Shown in pieces: positions 34,901-47,938 of a DNA stretch of 64,000 nucleotides (positions are counted from its first letter, which is position 1; each line of letters begins with the position of its first letter). Origin of the DNA: Massalongia carnosa. Lineage: Eukaryota. Location of the stretch: positions 1,302,001-1,366,000 of the forward strand of contig OZ287070.1 in the NCBI GenBank assembly GCA_965645245.1, given 5' to 3'. The notes beneath the pieces are model-generated. The model did no database searches. It was not told the origin of the DNA and was given only the letters and a program-made list of their open reading frames with translations. The position numbers and the translations under genes were made by a program.

Positions 34901-34989
34901 TTCCCGACGCTGGCTAATCTCCTAGCAGGAATGCGATACCGCTCAGGCCCCATGTCTGTGGGTACACTATATTTTTGCCACTGTCGCAC
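31933..34989 (-). CDS. Gag-protease
   Basis: MPQPGTPGTPFFQGKNVSEFL gag head, CNYCGEKVLHDRRRDC knuckle, LLDSGAEVN protease. True start may be downstream. Confidence 0.88.
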   Translation of the reverse strand: MRQWQKYSVPTDMGPERYRIPARRLASVGNRETKRHGVDIKVASFPSDGRIAQPFHSTHSYNSYQTSYSPVDNTERESRAHCYNRQRLHTEAAPAPLHHRHFDLPPPYQTHTCPCLSYHCFEPTKQAPIGHSSAGETYTHHPVSHCHQYYCQPSSHIPTYDDKETTTSQLTKIVTNLIPLLEQLVISVRNTNEARTRTDSPAPPASRDSPSTIIPTTEGQPSHEAESTMTTPSSTSPESFGNRPAMSAGPFGFVMTMPQPGTPGTPFFQGKNVSEFLSRYEDMCEDYHVGNNERIRRLPRYCDMLIGQTIESLPDFVERRWTQLSKVMKKEYKAGDSIQQVNSRPFLESYKDKVRTSDDDVRNFCRKFGAISKALISQEKLDIYTRNQWFMQGLPADIREELFFRRGVDFDDNVMKDFDGLVKKTLTLVEARMKYKEVMRTEKSVTDKYSALADQFDKKIVLDGHEDIMNSLSPPVADSTTVSLSKSTEKTIMDLTNKFDALVLATGAQMRPANQNSQQSQQSRNRSQSPHRQSSYDGQRQQHDHQYGSDESCNYCGEKVLHDRRRDCPDFDADQRNGVIHLNEKGLLCLGPMGTYSNPIRHLPGVTQKESIRRAKMLANQFSQAGQNAEVHTVRIGEDSADDFSSDEEWDPEVTIIEHTTSINSARTENNKPAEENWKEPAKRILKRRAEREDHFAVPKAPRYGNWSPLPTSVERRNDSLDQSKPTDRASAAEPRVTFADPIEEDVEMTEAGLAGKGGGKKKPGTGVLRAPIRGEVRDAIEKIGAEEFLKIARREFNVDLIQGRYLQSLAAGTGGLTNGNIIAMLPMFKSVVNKVTRNTEAERQDGPTVKIGSIGIRDPLLRRAYTRSTPKAKVRVGDGGRYKSLLDSGAEVNVMTYDVAKREGLAMRPYPNINLISHTGHRKEFLGVCENVEVDIGGVASLNHIFVIDAADHQLVLGQPYLHQMRVGLDYRNNEVECTIHAEDGKRTAKFIATSDPGSKLHTAEDLFPENRDETLN

Positions 34990-37900
34990 TCACGCCGTCG
35001 CTAAATCATTGAGGCATTCGCTAAATGTGGCGATGTTCTCAAACGGGATTAGTCTGTCGACTTCAACTGCCGAGTCGCAATTCCGAGGTTCCTGATTGGT
35101 CCGGTCCGTAATGCCGTCACTTTTCCGTCTTTCTTCGTCTCGATGTCAATTCTTTTAGTACCTAGACCGTCTCCACCGTGTCGCAAGCTGTATGGGGTCG
35201 TCCCGTCGCTATGTCCGAGTCCGCGCGTTCTTGAGAGGTCTGTTCGTGCCTCGTTGTCAGGGTCAAATGGATGCCCCCGTTCTTTCTGTCTTTCTCCGGT
35301 CACTGTATGTCGTTTTTCCACTATCTCTAGATATCTGTACGCTGTCGCTGCTTCCTGTCGCTGTTTCCTGTCGCTATTTCCTGTCGCTGTCGCTGTCGCT
35401 GTAAGTCTACTGTCTGTCTCACATGTCTGTCTAGACTCGTCGTTTGATTCCTGCTCCCGGTCAAATAGAGATCGCACCGTGGTCGCCAAATGTGGAAGGA
35501 TGAACTGGGTGGTGTGCGTGGTCCACTACTGCTAGGAGTGCAAGAGAACAAACAAACAAGAGAAGAACAGAACAATAGAATAAGGACAATAGCTAGATTG
35601 GTCTCTGTATGCCTCGTGCCTCGTGCCTCGTGCCTGTGAACTGTATGTGTTGATGCTATGTGTTGTAGCTATTGCTACGAGCATGCTTGCTCTATAAGGA
35701 AAAGAACTATCTATAACTAAACTAAAAGAAAGACTGTCACCTGACTTCCCCGCTACCTTTACCGAGTATCAACCGAAAAGAACCAACTCCCGAACCGCTA
35801 GCAATTTGAATTTAGAGTATCACCGCTCCACCCCCCTACAGTGTCAGCCTCGACGGCTTATGAGACTTCGTACTACGGCATGGTCTACGCTAGTTAATCC
35901 CGCAACCGCCATAGGCGATCACGTATCCCTCTAGCGCCATCCGTATTACAACTAAGTATTGTGCCTTTTGGTCGGGAATGTCACGGAATCGCTTCGCACC
36001 CTCCCGCTTGTCCTGATCGGGTTAGTATTTAACAGGGCCCATTGCTGTGAAACCTCACCCATCGTGCTCAGGCGTTCTTCTGCCGCCCTCAGCGCACTAT
36101 TAATCTCCTACAATCCGTATTCCAATCTCAACGTCTCCACTATCCAAGCTTATGAGTGAGAGTGCTTCAGCACAGACAAAGGCGGGATTGGTCAAAGCAA
36201 TCATGTTAAGGAAATTAGTATAGAAACAGAGATGGGGCAAGTCGAGAATAGGAGAGTTGAAAGCCATGGCTATAAAGTCTATGTGGTTTCCCAGGTGTTT
36301 AGAGCTCTTCATCGGACATCTTGTGTATTATTCTCACCTTCTAGTTTTAGCATATCTAGATATCCGTTCTGCAAGATAGAGTCTTGTATCTCTCCAGCCC
36401 TCCCCTGACATTACATCCGATCCATATTTTTTGTGTTTTTCAAAGCACTATTCTTCCTTTCCCTTTTCATTTTTTGTCTATAGATAATCAGTCATGTCAA
36501 ACCAAGATCAAGGACAACCTATGCCCGAGCAGCCTATTGAAAGCACAGATGCACAGCTTGCCTACGTGCAGGCCAACCCCCTTCCATTCCTTCAAGAAAT
36601 AGAGAGATTGCAAAACCAAATAGCAAAAATGGAACAGGAAGCCCAAGCACGACAAGCCTCCACCATCGTTACACCACCTTCCACGTCTTCCCCTTCTTCC
36701 TCTCTCAGTCCCGAGTTCCTTACTTCGATCGTGGCCGCCGTAACAGCTGCTATGTCCAAGAACCTCTCCACAGACAACCCGGCCAAGTCAGAAAAGCTGC
36801 CGGACATTGCCGAATACGACGGCAACATGGACAATCTCGATTCATGGGAACAGAGTCTGATACAGAGGATGCATGTAAACCATGACCGCTATCCTACAGA
36901 GAACGAAAAGATAACTTATGCCGAATCCCGACTTACCATCGGAAAAAAAGCATACAACTTGATGAACAGGTATAGAACGGATGGCTTGTGCGTGCTGACA
37001 AGTCTAAAAGATTGGCGAATGAAATTGCGCCAGGCATGTGGCAATCACTTTGAAGAAGAAGACGCACGCACCTATCTTCGTGACACCCTCAAACAGGGTA
37101 CGATAAGTTTCGAAGAATACTATAACCACTTCACACAGAAGAAAGAACGATCGGGAATGGAAGATGCCTCTCTAATCGACGCCATGCGATCAAATGTCAA
37201 CTACGCCACACAGGCAGCCGCAATCTCGTGGCGAAAAACAGATGGGTCCAGGCCCATTACGTTTGACGATCATGTGCAGATGTGGTCCGACACCGACTGG
37301 GACCTGAGGCAGTTAAAACATCGCCATTCTCGCACCTCCCCTGCTGCCAATGCCAGCAATTCTCCGACCACTAGACGAGGAAACGTACCTGCCACGACCA
37401 GCACCTCCAACACGACCACACGCATCACCCCGGCCGTCACCACACCTGCTGCCCCTGTCGCCGCTGCCGGCGGCGATCCCATAGATCTGAGTTCAGCAAT
37501 GCCGCCGTTCGAGGCCATAAGTTGACGGATCCAGGAGTCCGTAAGATTTGTGATGACTGGAAGCTATACTTCTATTGTCGACGTCAACATCCGGGTACCA
37601 TTGGTGACTGCCCGAATCGAAAGACAACCGCGGTTCGCTCCCTTGTCCTATATGAAGGATTATCAAATGCACAATCAACGCCGATATCAACGTCACAGAT
37701 ATCGAAGGTCCAGGAGGTGGAAAAAGCTTAGTCTCTGCGCATAGTCGTGCGCAGAGACAACCAGATTTCTTGATTTCTTCTTGCCTGCTGTCCACCTCGT
37801 TTACACCGCCGCTCATGTCTAGCAATCGTTTTTCGGCGGCGTCTGCTCTTACTCTTTTTGAAACTGATGAGACATTTAGAGATAGTCATATGGTTATCTC

Positions 37901-40443
37901 TTGTATATTACGTCGTTTTCAAAACAGAATAAAAGCTTTGATTCTTGTGGACAGTGGTGCATCTGGATATTCCTTTATTGATCAAGATTTCGCGCGTTTT
38001 CATAACTTCCCCTTACACCAATTGAAATATCCTAGACGACTTTCCGGCTTCGATGGCCAGCTAGCATTGACTGGCAACATAACTCACATCGCCGAAGTTA
38101 CCATGGACCTAAATGGGCATGTAGAAAAGCTCTTTCTTTATGTAACAGGATTAAGACATTACCTCATTGTTTTGGGCCACCCATGGCTTCGCAGACACGG
38201 AGTCATTACAAACTTTTCCAACAACACCTTGTCCCTATCGTCCCCCTTTTGCCTTGCACACTGCTGTCCTTTACCTGAAATGGTGCAATCAGCCACCACG
38301 AAAGAAGAAGAATTCCTTATGCCTGCCGAAAGTCAGAAGGTATAGCAATCAGAAGAAACAGCTCTGCAGACCAGTCAACCCGAGCTCTCCATCTTTGAAT
38401 ATCAAAAAGAAGATGGCCCAAGCCGAATACTAACCGCCATTCAGAGAGGCACAACTCCGAAAATCAGACTAAGATCACAAAGCTATGTACGTGTCAGACC
38501 CCAATCAGTTCGGATACTCAGTCCAATCCAGAAACCCAATCAGACTCAGATATCCAGCTCAGTTTAGACAATCAACTCAACTCAGACATCCTGCAGCAAT
38601 TCGTCACAAATTTGCGAAGTCAGCGCAGTAACTTTCGATCGCCTTGCTAGAATGAAAAATCACGAGATATTTAGTATCTCACTTCATGAAATCGATCGCT
38701 TTTTAGGAATAAAAGCACATCCCAGTCCCAGTCCCAGTCATTCCGACCCTAGCTCATCCATTAGCCTAATAGCGATGCAGGCCTTTCCACCATTGAATCC
38801 GAAGGCCTGCCCTAGCGATAAGGATATGCATATGACCATCTGCAAAATGAATAAGGAGCTAACCTTTGAAACATCCGTAACTCAAGAAGAGCTTGAAGCC
38901 ATTCGGGAACGAAAAAACGATGACCCGAGCACCATCTTACCGAAACAATATCACGAATTCCTAGACGTTTTTTCTAGAAAAGAATCTGAAGTGATTCCAG
39001 AACGCCGGCCCTACGACCATGCCATCAATTTGAAAGATGGCTTCCAACTTCCAAATCAAGCGTTATACGGCATGAGCCGCGACGAAATAGAAGAACTCCG
39101 TCGGTATTTAGACGATAATTTGGCCAAGGGGTTCATTCGTGCCAGCCGTTCGCATGCGGCGTCTCCTGTCATGTTCGTGAAAAAGCCCGGAGGGGGCCTT
39201 CGCTTCTGTGTTGATTACAGAGGCCTGAATGCAGTCACCATCAAGAATAGATATCCGTTGCCATTGATAGCCGAGACCTTGAATCGCTTGTCCAGAGCTA
39301 AAATATTTACTAAATTAGATATAATAGCAGCCTTTAATCGGCTACGCATAAAGGAAGGCGACGAAGAACTCACCGCATTCCGCACAAGATTTGGTCTATT
39401 TGAGTACCTGGTAATGCCTTTCGGGTTGTGTAATAGACCCGCCTCTTTTCAGCACTTTATCAACGATACTCTGCTAGAGTATCTGGACGACTTTTGCACC
39501 GCATATTTGGATGACATTCTGATACACAGTGACGTTGAATCAGAGCACGAGATTCACATCAAAAGAATTCTGATCAAACTGCGTGAGGCAGGCCTTCAAG
39601 TAGATATCACTAAATGCGCATTTCATGTAAAAGAAGTTTCATATCTAGGTCTAATCGTGACCACAGAGGGGATAAAAATGGACCCTGCCAAAGTCGAAAC
39701 TGTTATTAATTGGCCCACTCCCCAAAACGTGAAAGACGTACAGAGCTTCTTAGGGTTTGCGAACTTTTACAGACGATTCATTCTGGGGTTTAGCATGATT
39801 GCTGGCCCATTAACCAACCTCACACGAAAAGACGTGAAATTTTTATAGACTGATAAATATCAGCAAGCTTTCGACACTATGAAGATAACCTTCACCTCAA
39901 ACGTAGTCTTATTGCACTTCGATCCAGACAAGCGAATTATCGTGGAGACAGACGCCTCTGATTATATATCCGCAGGAATTCTTTCGCAATATGACAAGAA
40001 CAGTATTCTAAGACCTATTGCTTACTTTTCCAAGAAACACAATCCGGCGGAATGTAATTATGAAATCTATAATAAGGAGTTAATGGCAATCGTTCGGGCT
40101 TTCGAAGAATGGAGACTCGAATTGGAGGGTTCCGCTCACCCAATCAATGTAATCACGGATCACACGTCTTCCAAGCAATTGAGCCGCCGTCAAGCCCGCT
40201 GGAGCGAGTTCTTATCCCGATTTGATTATAAAATAATCTATCGCCCTGGAAAAGCAGGTGGGAAACCAGACGCCCTAACAAGGAGATCAGGAGATCTCCC
40301 TAAAGAAGGGGATAAAACAGACGAACGCCGACAATTTCAACATCAAATCGCTTAATATAGATTAAGGAGTTGCCCGAGACCTGAATTTATGCCCTGATAT
40401 AAGATTAGCACCCGCTTTCCTAGAACAAGAAGTCACAAGGCTA

Positions 40444-42168
40444 ATCGTGCCACGCCTCACCCCCTAGCGGGGGTGCTGGCCACCCAAATGACGTATACCA
40501 CCCATATGACGTTTTTAATTAAAAAGTTCTATTACCTCCTCAAACGTAGCCCCATCCTCATATTCTATGTCTAATAACTCTATCCAGGTGTTGATCCACT
40601 GATCAGCTTTCTTACCTATCAATTTGAAGCCTTGGGCGCACTGTTTATTCCACTTATTTCGTGCATTTGCATCGATCCTCTCTTGCCGCTCCTTCGCTCT
40701 ATTATGCTTAGCCACTTTCTTTATCCTCCAGGCCTTAATTTTTCCTCTTGCGTCGCCCACAGTTATAACACCGCCCTTTTGAGCAAGCGATCCATCTAGT
40801 GCTTCTCTTTTTGAGCGTTGTTTGTGATGATTTTGAGTGGCTGCAATGTCTCGCTCCGCCAACGCTAGTGAATTCGCAGCTTCGAGCGACCCCTTTAAAT
40901 ATTGATCTATCTTTTTACGACGATCCTCGGGCAGGTAAAAGTCTTCTAGACCTCTTTGTAACTCCCTTCCGCGTCTAAACAACTGCTTAGGACCATGTGG
41001 AGTGCCTTGAAAGGATGGTGAAGAGCCGAAAGGATCCGGAGTTGGCTCCTTTGAAGGGGGTTGCCAGCCACTTATTTTATCTAGTACTATCTTAGGTGAG
41101 TAAGAAATTAGACTAGTGTGTTCGAAGGCCGATAGAATATTTGATCTAGTAAAGGCCTTTGCTCGCATGTCTGTGAAAGCGGCAAAAAAGTCTTGTTTGT
41201 TGAAATTATCGCTCCCGAGTCGAACAGCATCGTCAATTACATCGGAATGATAGTGCTTCATGGGCTGAAATATTCCCATATCCAATGGCTGAGTAACATG
41301 TGTAGAATGCGGGGGAAGACCGAACAAGATGATATTCTTGTGATTGCAGTACTCAATAAAGTCGTATGTAAGATGAGATCCATAATTGTCCATGATAAGC
41401 AGTCTCCAGCCACCTACCTGAGTCTTCCGACTATGTTTTTCAAAGTGCTGTATCCACTCATAAGCCTTAACATCATCGGAATACCCAGAGGAAGTAGTAG
41501 CAAGCGTATATCGTCGTCGAGGTCGTTTTCTTACACCCATTAATTTAGAATATAAACTCCGGGCACGATGAGCATCGGAGGGATAGTCGCTCCTCTACCA
41601 CTAATACTTTCAACGTCACTGATCAGATCACGTACACCCGGATCAGTAACACGAACAGGACCTTTGGCAAGCAATGTGATGACAGTATGACCCCTGCCAA
41701 CGCCTATCCGAAAGCCTAACTCGTCCATGTTCCAAATATCTTCTGGTCCGATCCCCTTCTCGTGACAGATTTGACGAAATTCATGGAAGTAAGCCTTTGC
41801 AACATCGTTTGTAAGGGAAGTCTTCCTTTCGACTGCAAGAGGTGTCTGCTTCCTCCTATGAAATTGAGGGTGCTGAGCTAGAAATCGTGCTGGCCAGTGC
41901 TGTCCGACTCGGGGAGGATCGACAGGATTCGCCTGAGCAAGAAGGTAATTTGCTGCACCCCGCAGATGCCTGATGCGCGCAGAAATCGATAGTTTATCCA
42001 GTCTTGTCAAATATATGACTATTGCACCTCTTTGATCGTCAGTTAGAGCATGACCATGAGGCTCACGTTCAAAGAAGGAAGTATGGCTTCCAGCAATGCG
42101 TCTCTGAAGAGTTCTGACTTTGACGTTGAATGCAACGGCAGCATCGGTTGCAAAGCGGTATTCGCCAT
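40444..42168 (-). mobile_element. Second pogo/Fot1-like element, 5' end deleted
   Basis: WNMDELGF, IMDNYGSH, PPHSTHVTQPLDMG; TIR-like CACCC-rich end after TA at ~40442; abuts the LTR at 42169. Confidence 0.85.
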
Positions 42169-43198
42169 TGTAATACGGATGGCGCTAGAGGGATACGTGA
42201 TCGACTATGGCGGTTGCGGGATTAACTAGCGTGGACCATGCCGTAGTACGAAGTCGCATAAGCCGTCGAGGCTGACACACTGCCATCTTACCCCGAAACT
42301 TCGGAGTTATTGTTATCACGTTCTTGACTACTTACAGATCAAACACCTGTCGAGGCCGTGGTGGTAGATTGCCATGGAGTGTAAGGCGGACTCCTGTGGA
42401 GACGCCAAGGAACTCTATATGGGATCTACTGGCCTACTCGGAGCTACTGGATCTCTTGATAGTTCAAGAGAGGTAGCAGGAGGCACGGCTCGCTGGACGC
42501 AGCTTGAGCTAGGCTCCCCGGTGTAAACTTCAGCTTCAACCTTTATTACTACGTTGGTAGTGATGTCGGCTGAATGAACCTACATGACCTCGTTGTCTAG
42601 ACCTTGTGTCTAGAGGCAGGTCCGCAGTGTAGCGAGGTATTCAGTCGGAGGTAACCTTCCATCACTAGGTAGTGGTGACGGCGAAATGAAGCTACATAGC
42701 CTGAGGCATGTAGTGAGAGATCTAGCCGGGGGTAGAATTGTTCTACCTTGCAAGGGAAGGTCTAGAAGGCTGCTCGAGGCTGACTAGATGATCCAGCGAA
42801 CGCCGAGTTCGTGGATGGATCCTGAGGGATAGTTGGATGTAATGCGGTAAAGTCGGATGTGGATTGCAAGGCTGTAATGCTCGCAAGGCTCCCAAGGCTT
42901 GCAAGGCTCCTAAGGTTCCAAGGCTCCCAAGGCTATAGGCTTGGGGTGAGTAGGATAAATATCAGAACGAATCTTGTAGTATTCGTTAGCAATTAGTCTT
43001 TATTCTATGAACAACCTACGTTTAGGTCTCGGACGAGATCTCTTGGTCTAAGCACTTCCACATCCATTAGTTCTTTGGATCACGTATACTCTCGGAGACT
43101 AGCACGTAGTAGCTATCTTCCTCCTCTCACGCTGAGCATTTCCCCTTTCGAGATCAGTGTCGCTCGTGATAAGCTTACTGGTCTCGTAGCCCATTACA
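42169..43198. mobile_element. ~1-kb LTR copy 2 (uninterrupted, 1030 bp)
   Basis: TGTAATACGG...CCATTACA; internal ~10-bp CAAGGCTCC tandem units; flanks GCCAT / TTTAA do not match. Confidence 0.88.
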
Positions 43199-46100
43199 TT
43201 TAAAGAGATCACTTTACCCCGAAAATTCTAATAATGCTGCAAAACGGAACCAAATATCACAGCGGAATTCAGTTGGCTGAATGCGAAGACAGGGATGGTA
43301 TTCTTTACTTCAGAAATCGACGATATATACCAAAATCAGACAGATTGAGACTCAGGATTCTGCAATTAGCCCACGATAGTGTGGTAGGTGGCCATCCAGG
43401 ACGTGCGAAATGCTTCGAGATTATCGGCGGCTCCTATTGGTGGCCCAGTATGCATAAGACCATTCAGCAATTCGTGCGAAACTGCCATGTGTGTAAACGG
43501 TCCAAACTATCGCGGGAAAGATATCAAGGATGGTTGCGACCGTTGCCTCCGCGAGAACGCCGCTGGCGCGAACTATCCATGGATTATATCGGTCCTCTCC
43601 CCGTAAGTACCTTTATAGGAGTCACCTATCGCTACATTCTTGTATTCGTTGATCGATTATCCAAACAAAAGCATTACGCACCTACCATAACGATGGAAGT
43701 CGAAGAAGCCGCAACAGCTTTCTATTGGTATGTATGGAAACACCATGGCCTGCCTGATGTTCTAGTTTCTGATCGTGGATCCCAATTCGTATCGGACTTC
43801 TGGCAAACATTGTGCAAACGACTAAAGATTGATGCTCGTTTATCAAACAGTTATCATCCTGAAACAGATGGTCAAACGGAAAGAGCAAATACGTCAATGG
43901 AGCATTACCTTAGGGCTTATGTGAATCATATGCAGGATAATTGGGTCGAATTTCTTCCTGGCGCTGAATTCGCTACCAATAACACTGATTCATCTAGCAC
44001 TCTAGCATCGCCATTTTTAGCAAATTCAGGGCAACACCCCCGCATGGGCTTTGAACCTGCAGAACCTCTACCGGAAAATATATCGACCCAGGCCCGGGCA
44101 AATCTGATTGCTGCTGATAAATTCGCTGACAGGATGCAGAAATTAGATTCTCACCTGCGTGACGAAATGCTAATTGCCCAAGCCATATATGAATCCAACG
44201 CCAACGCAAATCGTCGTCCCTGCCCTCGTTATTCTGTCGGAGATATGGTCTGCTTAAACACAAAGAATATCCAGACTGCCAGACCTACGGTGAAATTAAA
44301 CGACAGAAATATAGGACCATATCAGGTAAATCGTGTCTTCCCAAACAATCCTTTAATCGTACAGTTGGAACTCCCAGAGACTGTCAAGATTCATCCTGTT
44401 TTCCATGTCAATCTCTTGCAACACGACCCTGCCGACCCTTTGCCCTGTCAACACCCAGCACCGCGTGATCGTGTTATCGCAGAAGACGGGCAACGGGAAT
44501 GGTATGTAAACAGCATTCTGAACTCAAAATACGATCGCCGTTATCAGCCGCCTCTGTTGCAGTATTTCGTCAATTGGGAAGGACATACCCCTACTTAGGA
44601 ACCATTCAACTTCCTAACTAATTGTCAGCAAGCCTTAGATGACTTTCATTCTGCTTACCCTGCCGCCGCCGGACCACACATCACCCCCATGTACAACTCC
44701 CCGCTGTCGTTACCAAGAAATTTAGTCAACTCGCAGGAGCTCGTTCTTGAAGAAGGGAGCTACTGTCACGGAATCGCTTCGCACCCTCCCGCTTGTCCTG
44801 ATTGGGTTAGTATTTAACAGGGCCCATTGCTGTGAAAACTCACCCATCGTGCTCAGGCGTTCTTCTGCCGCCCTCAGCGCACTATCAATCTCCTACAATC
44901 CGTATTCCAATCTTACGTCTCCACTATCCAGGCTTATCAGTGAGAGTGCTTCAGTACAGATAAAGGCGGGATAGGTCAAAGTAATCATGTTAAGGAAATT
45001 AGTATAGGAACAGAGATAGGGCAAGTCGAGAATAGGAGAGTTGAAAGCCATGGCTATAAAGTCTATGTGGTTTCCCAGGTGTTTAGAGCTCTTTATCGGA
45101 CGTCTTGTGTATTATTCTCACCTTCTAGTTTTAGCATATCTAGATATCCGTTCTGCAAGATAGAGTCTTGTATCTCTCCAGCCCTCCCCTGACAGGGAAG
45201 GACAGGTGGCGCAATAGTAGAAATCTATTCACTATCTCGCTTCGTCATATAGATCATCTTACAATTTAACTACTAAATTGTTCTACTCTTAACCTACTAC
45301 ACTACTCCTAGTCAAGAGTCACTCTCATACTAGCCACCTGAATAAAGCGTAGGAAATCCAGTTTAGAAACAGTCACAGCCCGGTAACGTGATTGGCTGAA
45401 AACCAATCGTTTATAGGCCTTAGATAAAAAGTCAAAAATACCGATATCCAAAGGCTGCAATAAATGAGTAGAATGAGGTAGCAAACAAAGGGGTATAATT
45501 CTCTCTTTATTACAAAACTCCTGGAAGGGTATGGAGATGTGACTTTCATAGCCATCAACGATCAATATCCTGTATTTACCCCGTACTGATTTCGTATGCT
45601 TATCGAAGAACTTTTGAAACCAATGTAAATATATTTCCGCATCCGTCTAGCCATTAGGACTGACTCTGCCGGTGTCCTTTTTATCCTTCATGACTGTAAA
45701 CCAGGCGGGCTGGTATTCGACACCTGGAAAAATAATATAAGTGGGAAGAACTGTTCAGCGAGAGGATATGCATTCAATTAAGGAAACCCAATCTCTATTT
45801 ACTGAATGCACATTGAATGGTGTTGTTTTTCTGTTGATTATTACCTTAGAACGGTCGCCAATGCCCATGGCAAAGCCTTTCTCATCTATTTTGTAAATAT
45901 CTTCATCTGCGACTCCATATTTTGCTCGGATGGTCTTGTACAATTCGAACCAATCTTTCAGAGTTTCAGAACTGCCAGTATCCTTTCTGGATTGATCCAA
46001 GTTTCTAGTATATTTGGGTTTGAATTCAAGATGCCTGTTTAAGAAATTTTTGTACCAATACTGACCCAACGAATTCTTGTCCCCTTTGGCCTCCAAAAGA

Positions 46101-46259
46101 CTTTGTAATGCGGATGGCGCTAGAGGGATACGTGATCGCCTACGGCGGTTGCGGGATTAACAAGCATGAGCCAGGCCGTAGTACTTGGTCGTACAGCTGT
46201 CGAGGTTGACACGACGCCACCTTGCCACACAACTCCGAATTAGTTGTTACTACGTTCTA

Positions 46260-47938
46260 CGGAGGATGACACAAGAAGTTCTGGCCAACGCTAATATACA
46301 CGCTAAATAAGCCACCTACAAGGGGCTCAGCCCTACAAAGATAAACTCCTTTATTTACTCCTTTTTTACCTTCTTATCTACCTACTCATCAGTCTACATT
46401 GGCCCACTCCTCCTCATCTTCAGTAGGACCTCTCTTTAAACGGAGCTATCGACTGCGCCGCTCCTCAGTATCGTAAGGTCGTACCATTCCTCCTGTTCTT
46501 CCGTCTCTGTACTCGTTTCCTCCTTCTAACTCAATGACAGTCTGTATGTGACGAGGCATACTCTCTATCCAGCTTTGTATTTGCTCCTGCGATAGCTCGT
46601 CCCAACATTCAGTCCATGCTACTTCGGTCTCCCGTCTGCTTCGTGGAGCTCCGAGGAGGGTCGTACGTCTTTTTATCCAAGGCCAGCATAGTTCAATCAT
46701 GTTGAGATCAGGTGAGTTGCCAGGCCACAAAAAGCGAAGCACTCGAAAGTCCATAAACACCATTCCTGATGTTTAGAGGTATAACAGGGGGCCTTATCTT
46801 CTTGAACGACCGTATTTGGACGATCTTTCACGCATTCGGTAGCGAATAGAAGAAGTTTGTCTATCAAAATATTCTTTTGATAGCGATACCAGTCAATTCC
46901 TCCCTTTTTATTATCTCGCACGATCTTTCCATGTTTTTGATCCCATATCTATCGAGGCTGTCGATCTCCTGGATTTCTTAGTCTCATTCGTCTCATTCTA
47001 TTTTCTAACTCCCAATTGAGCTTCGCCTCTCATTTCAACCTCTTATTGAGAAGCTTCAGCTCTTCCTTGGCTGCCTTCTTTTCTTTTGTAGACTCAGCCT
47101 TCCAGATATGAAAAGGACCTTTTTTATCGTACGAGAAACACCCCCAAAACATGAACTCTGAGTGTCCTTTCCATCGACGACGAATGCATGTTTTATCATT
47201 CATTTCTTTCGAGGTTCTCTATTGCAGTCTTCTTCCTCTTACTGCATTCAGCATCACGCTCGTCTCGTCACTCCAGATGACGTTCTTCCAGTCTTCAAGA
47301 GTCCAACGGTGATAATCAATGCAAAATTTCAGACGTGCTTCCTTCATGATCGAAGTAAGGCTAGGCTTTTTCGTTGATTTACAGGCTCGAAATCCATTCT
47401 TTTTAAGAACCTTTAAAATAGTGGAAGAACTCAGCTCATGATCAAAAGCCAGCATAGCTGAAGACTTCTCCCTTCCGTTTCGATCTTTGCGTACATCAGT
47501 CAATTTAGCCTCCTCCAATGCAGGTGTTACTTTAGAAGGTTGGCCTGAACGAGGTGTATCTTCTACATATTCCATCTTCAAGACTCGTCAGATCTCGGGA
47601 ACATATCCTCTGCTTCTTGCTCTCTTCTTGATATAACTGATAGATCTCGTCGAGACTTCAATGATTTCCTCTACTCTTTTGGCTAATACTCCATGCTCTG
47701 CGAGAGTTAAGGCCTAAAGTGTTTGAGCAAGAGTCAAGGTGTTATCTTGAGGACGAGTCATGATGATGATAGCTATAAAATATCAACTAAACTCAACTAT
47801 AAATTACAAATATTGAAGCATTTTATCTCTTGATACCCGGATAACCTCCTTTTTTTAAAATTATTACCACCCTTGTCTAGTGGCGGAAGCTAATGCAAGC
47901 TAAATTACGCTAGCCAGAACTTCCTGTGTCATCCTCCG
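46260..47938 (-). mobile_element. Tc1/mariner (impala-like) DNA transposon with frameshifted transposase
   Basis: 26-bp TIR CGGAGGATGACACA(A/G)GAAGTTCTGGC, TA TSD; motifs PRSG, WSDET, QEDKAP, WPGNSPDLNMIE. Confidence 0.92.

Larger units (their letters stand above)
27086..35840 (-). mobile_element. Intact Ty3/Gypsy LTR retrotransposon (non-chromovirus, Ylt1-like by inference)
   Basis: 350-bp LTRs 27086-27435 and 35491-35840 with 2 differences seen; TSD GTGT; PBS TGGCGACC (tRNA-Asn type, as in Ty4); PPT AAAGAGAGAGGGGAA; open gag-PR and pol. Confidence 0.95.
25586..35950. mobile_element. ~1-kb LTR copy 1 (host of the TRIM and the intact Gypsy)
   Basis: TGTAATGGG...CGTATTACA; reverse complement of 42169-43198 once inserts are removed; flanks TTTTC / ACTAA do not match. 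Confidence 0.85.
35979..45194 (+). mobile_element. Chromovirus Ty3/Gypsy element, decayed (gag 36494, PR ~37770, RT 38652, RH 39879, INT-chromodomain 43234-44640)
   Basis: LTRs 35979-36410 and 44764-45194 (about 15 differences), [42 protein letters not shown], chromodomain WYVNSILNS...YFVNWEG; PPT GAAGAAGGGAG. Confidence 0.93.
35951..45249 (+). mobile_element. 3' half of a 171-bp TRIM-family LTR split by the chromovirus (35951-35978 plus 45200-45249)
   Basis: ACTAAGTATTGTGCCTTTTGGTCGGGAA | GGACAGGTGGCGCAAT...CGTCATA reconstitutes the LTR 3' half. Confidence 0.85.

Noticed and set aside
25586..43198. Inversion between the oppositely oriented 1-kb LTRs
   Set aside because: The flanks are not reciprocal reverse complements, and the chromovirus spanning copy 2 keeps its domain order and TSD.
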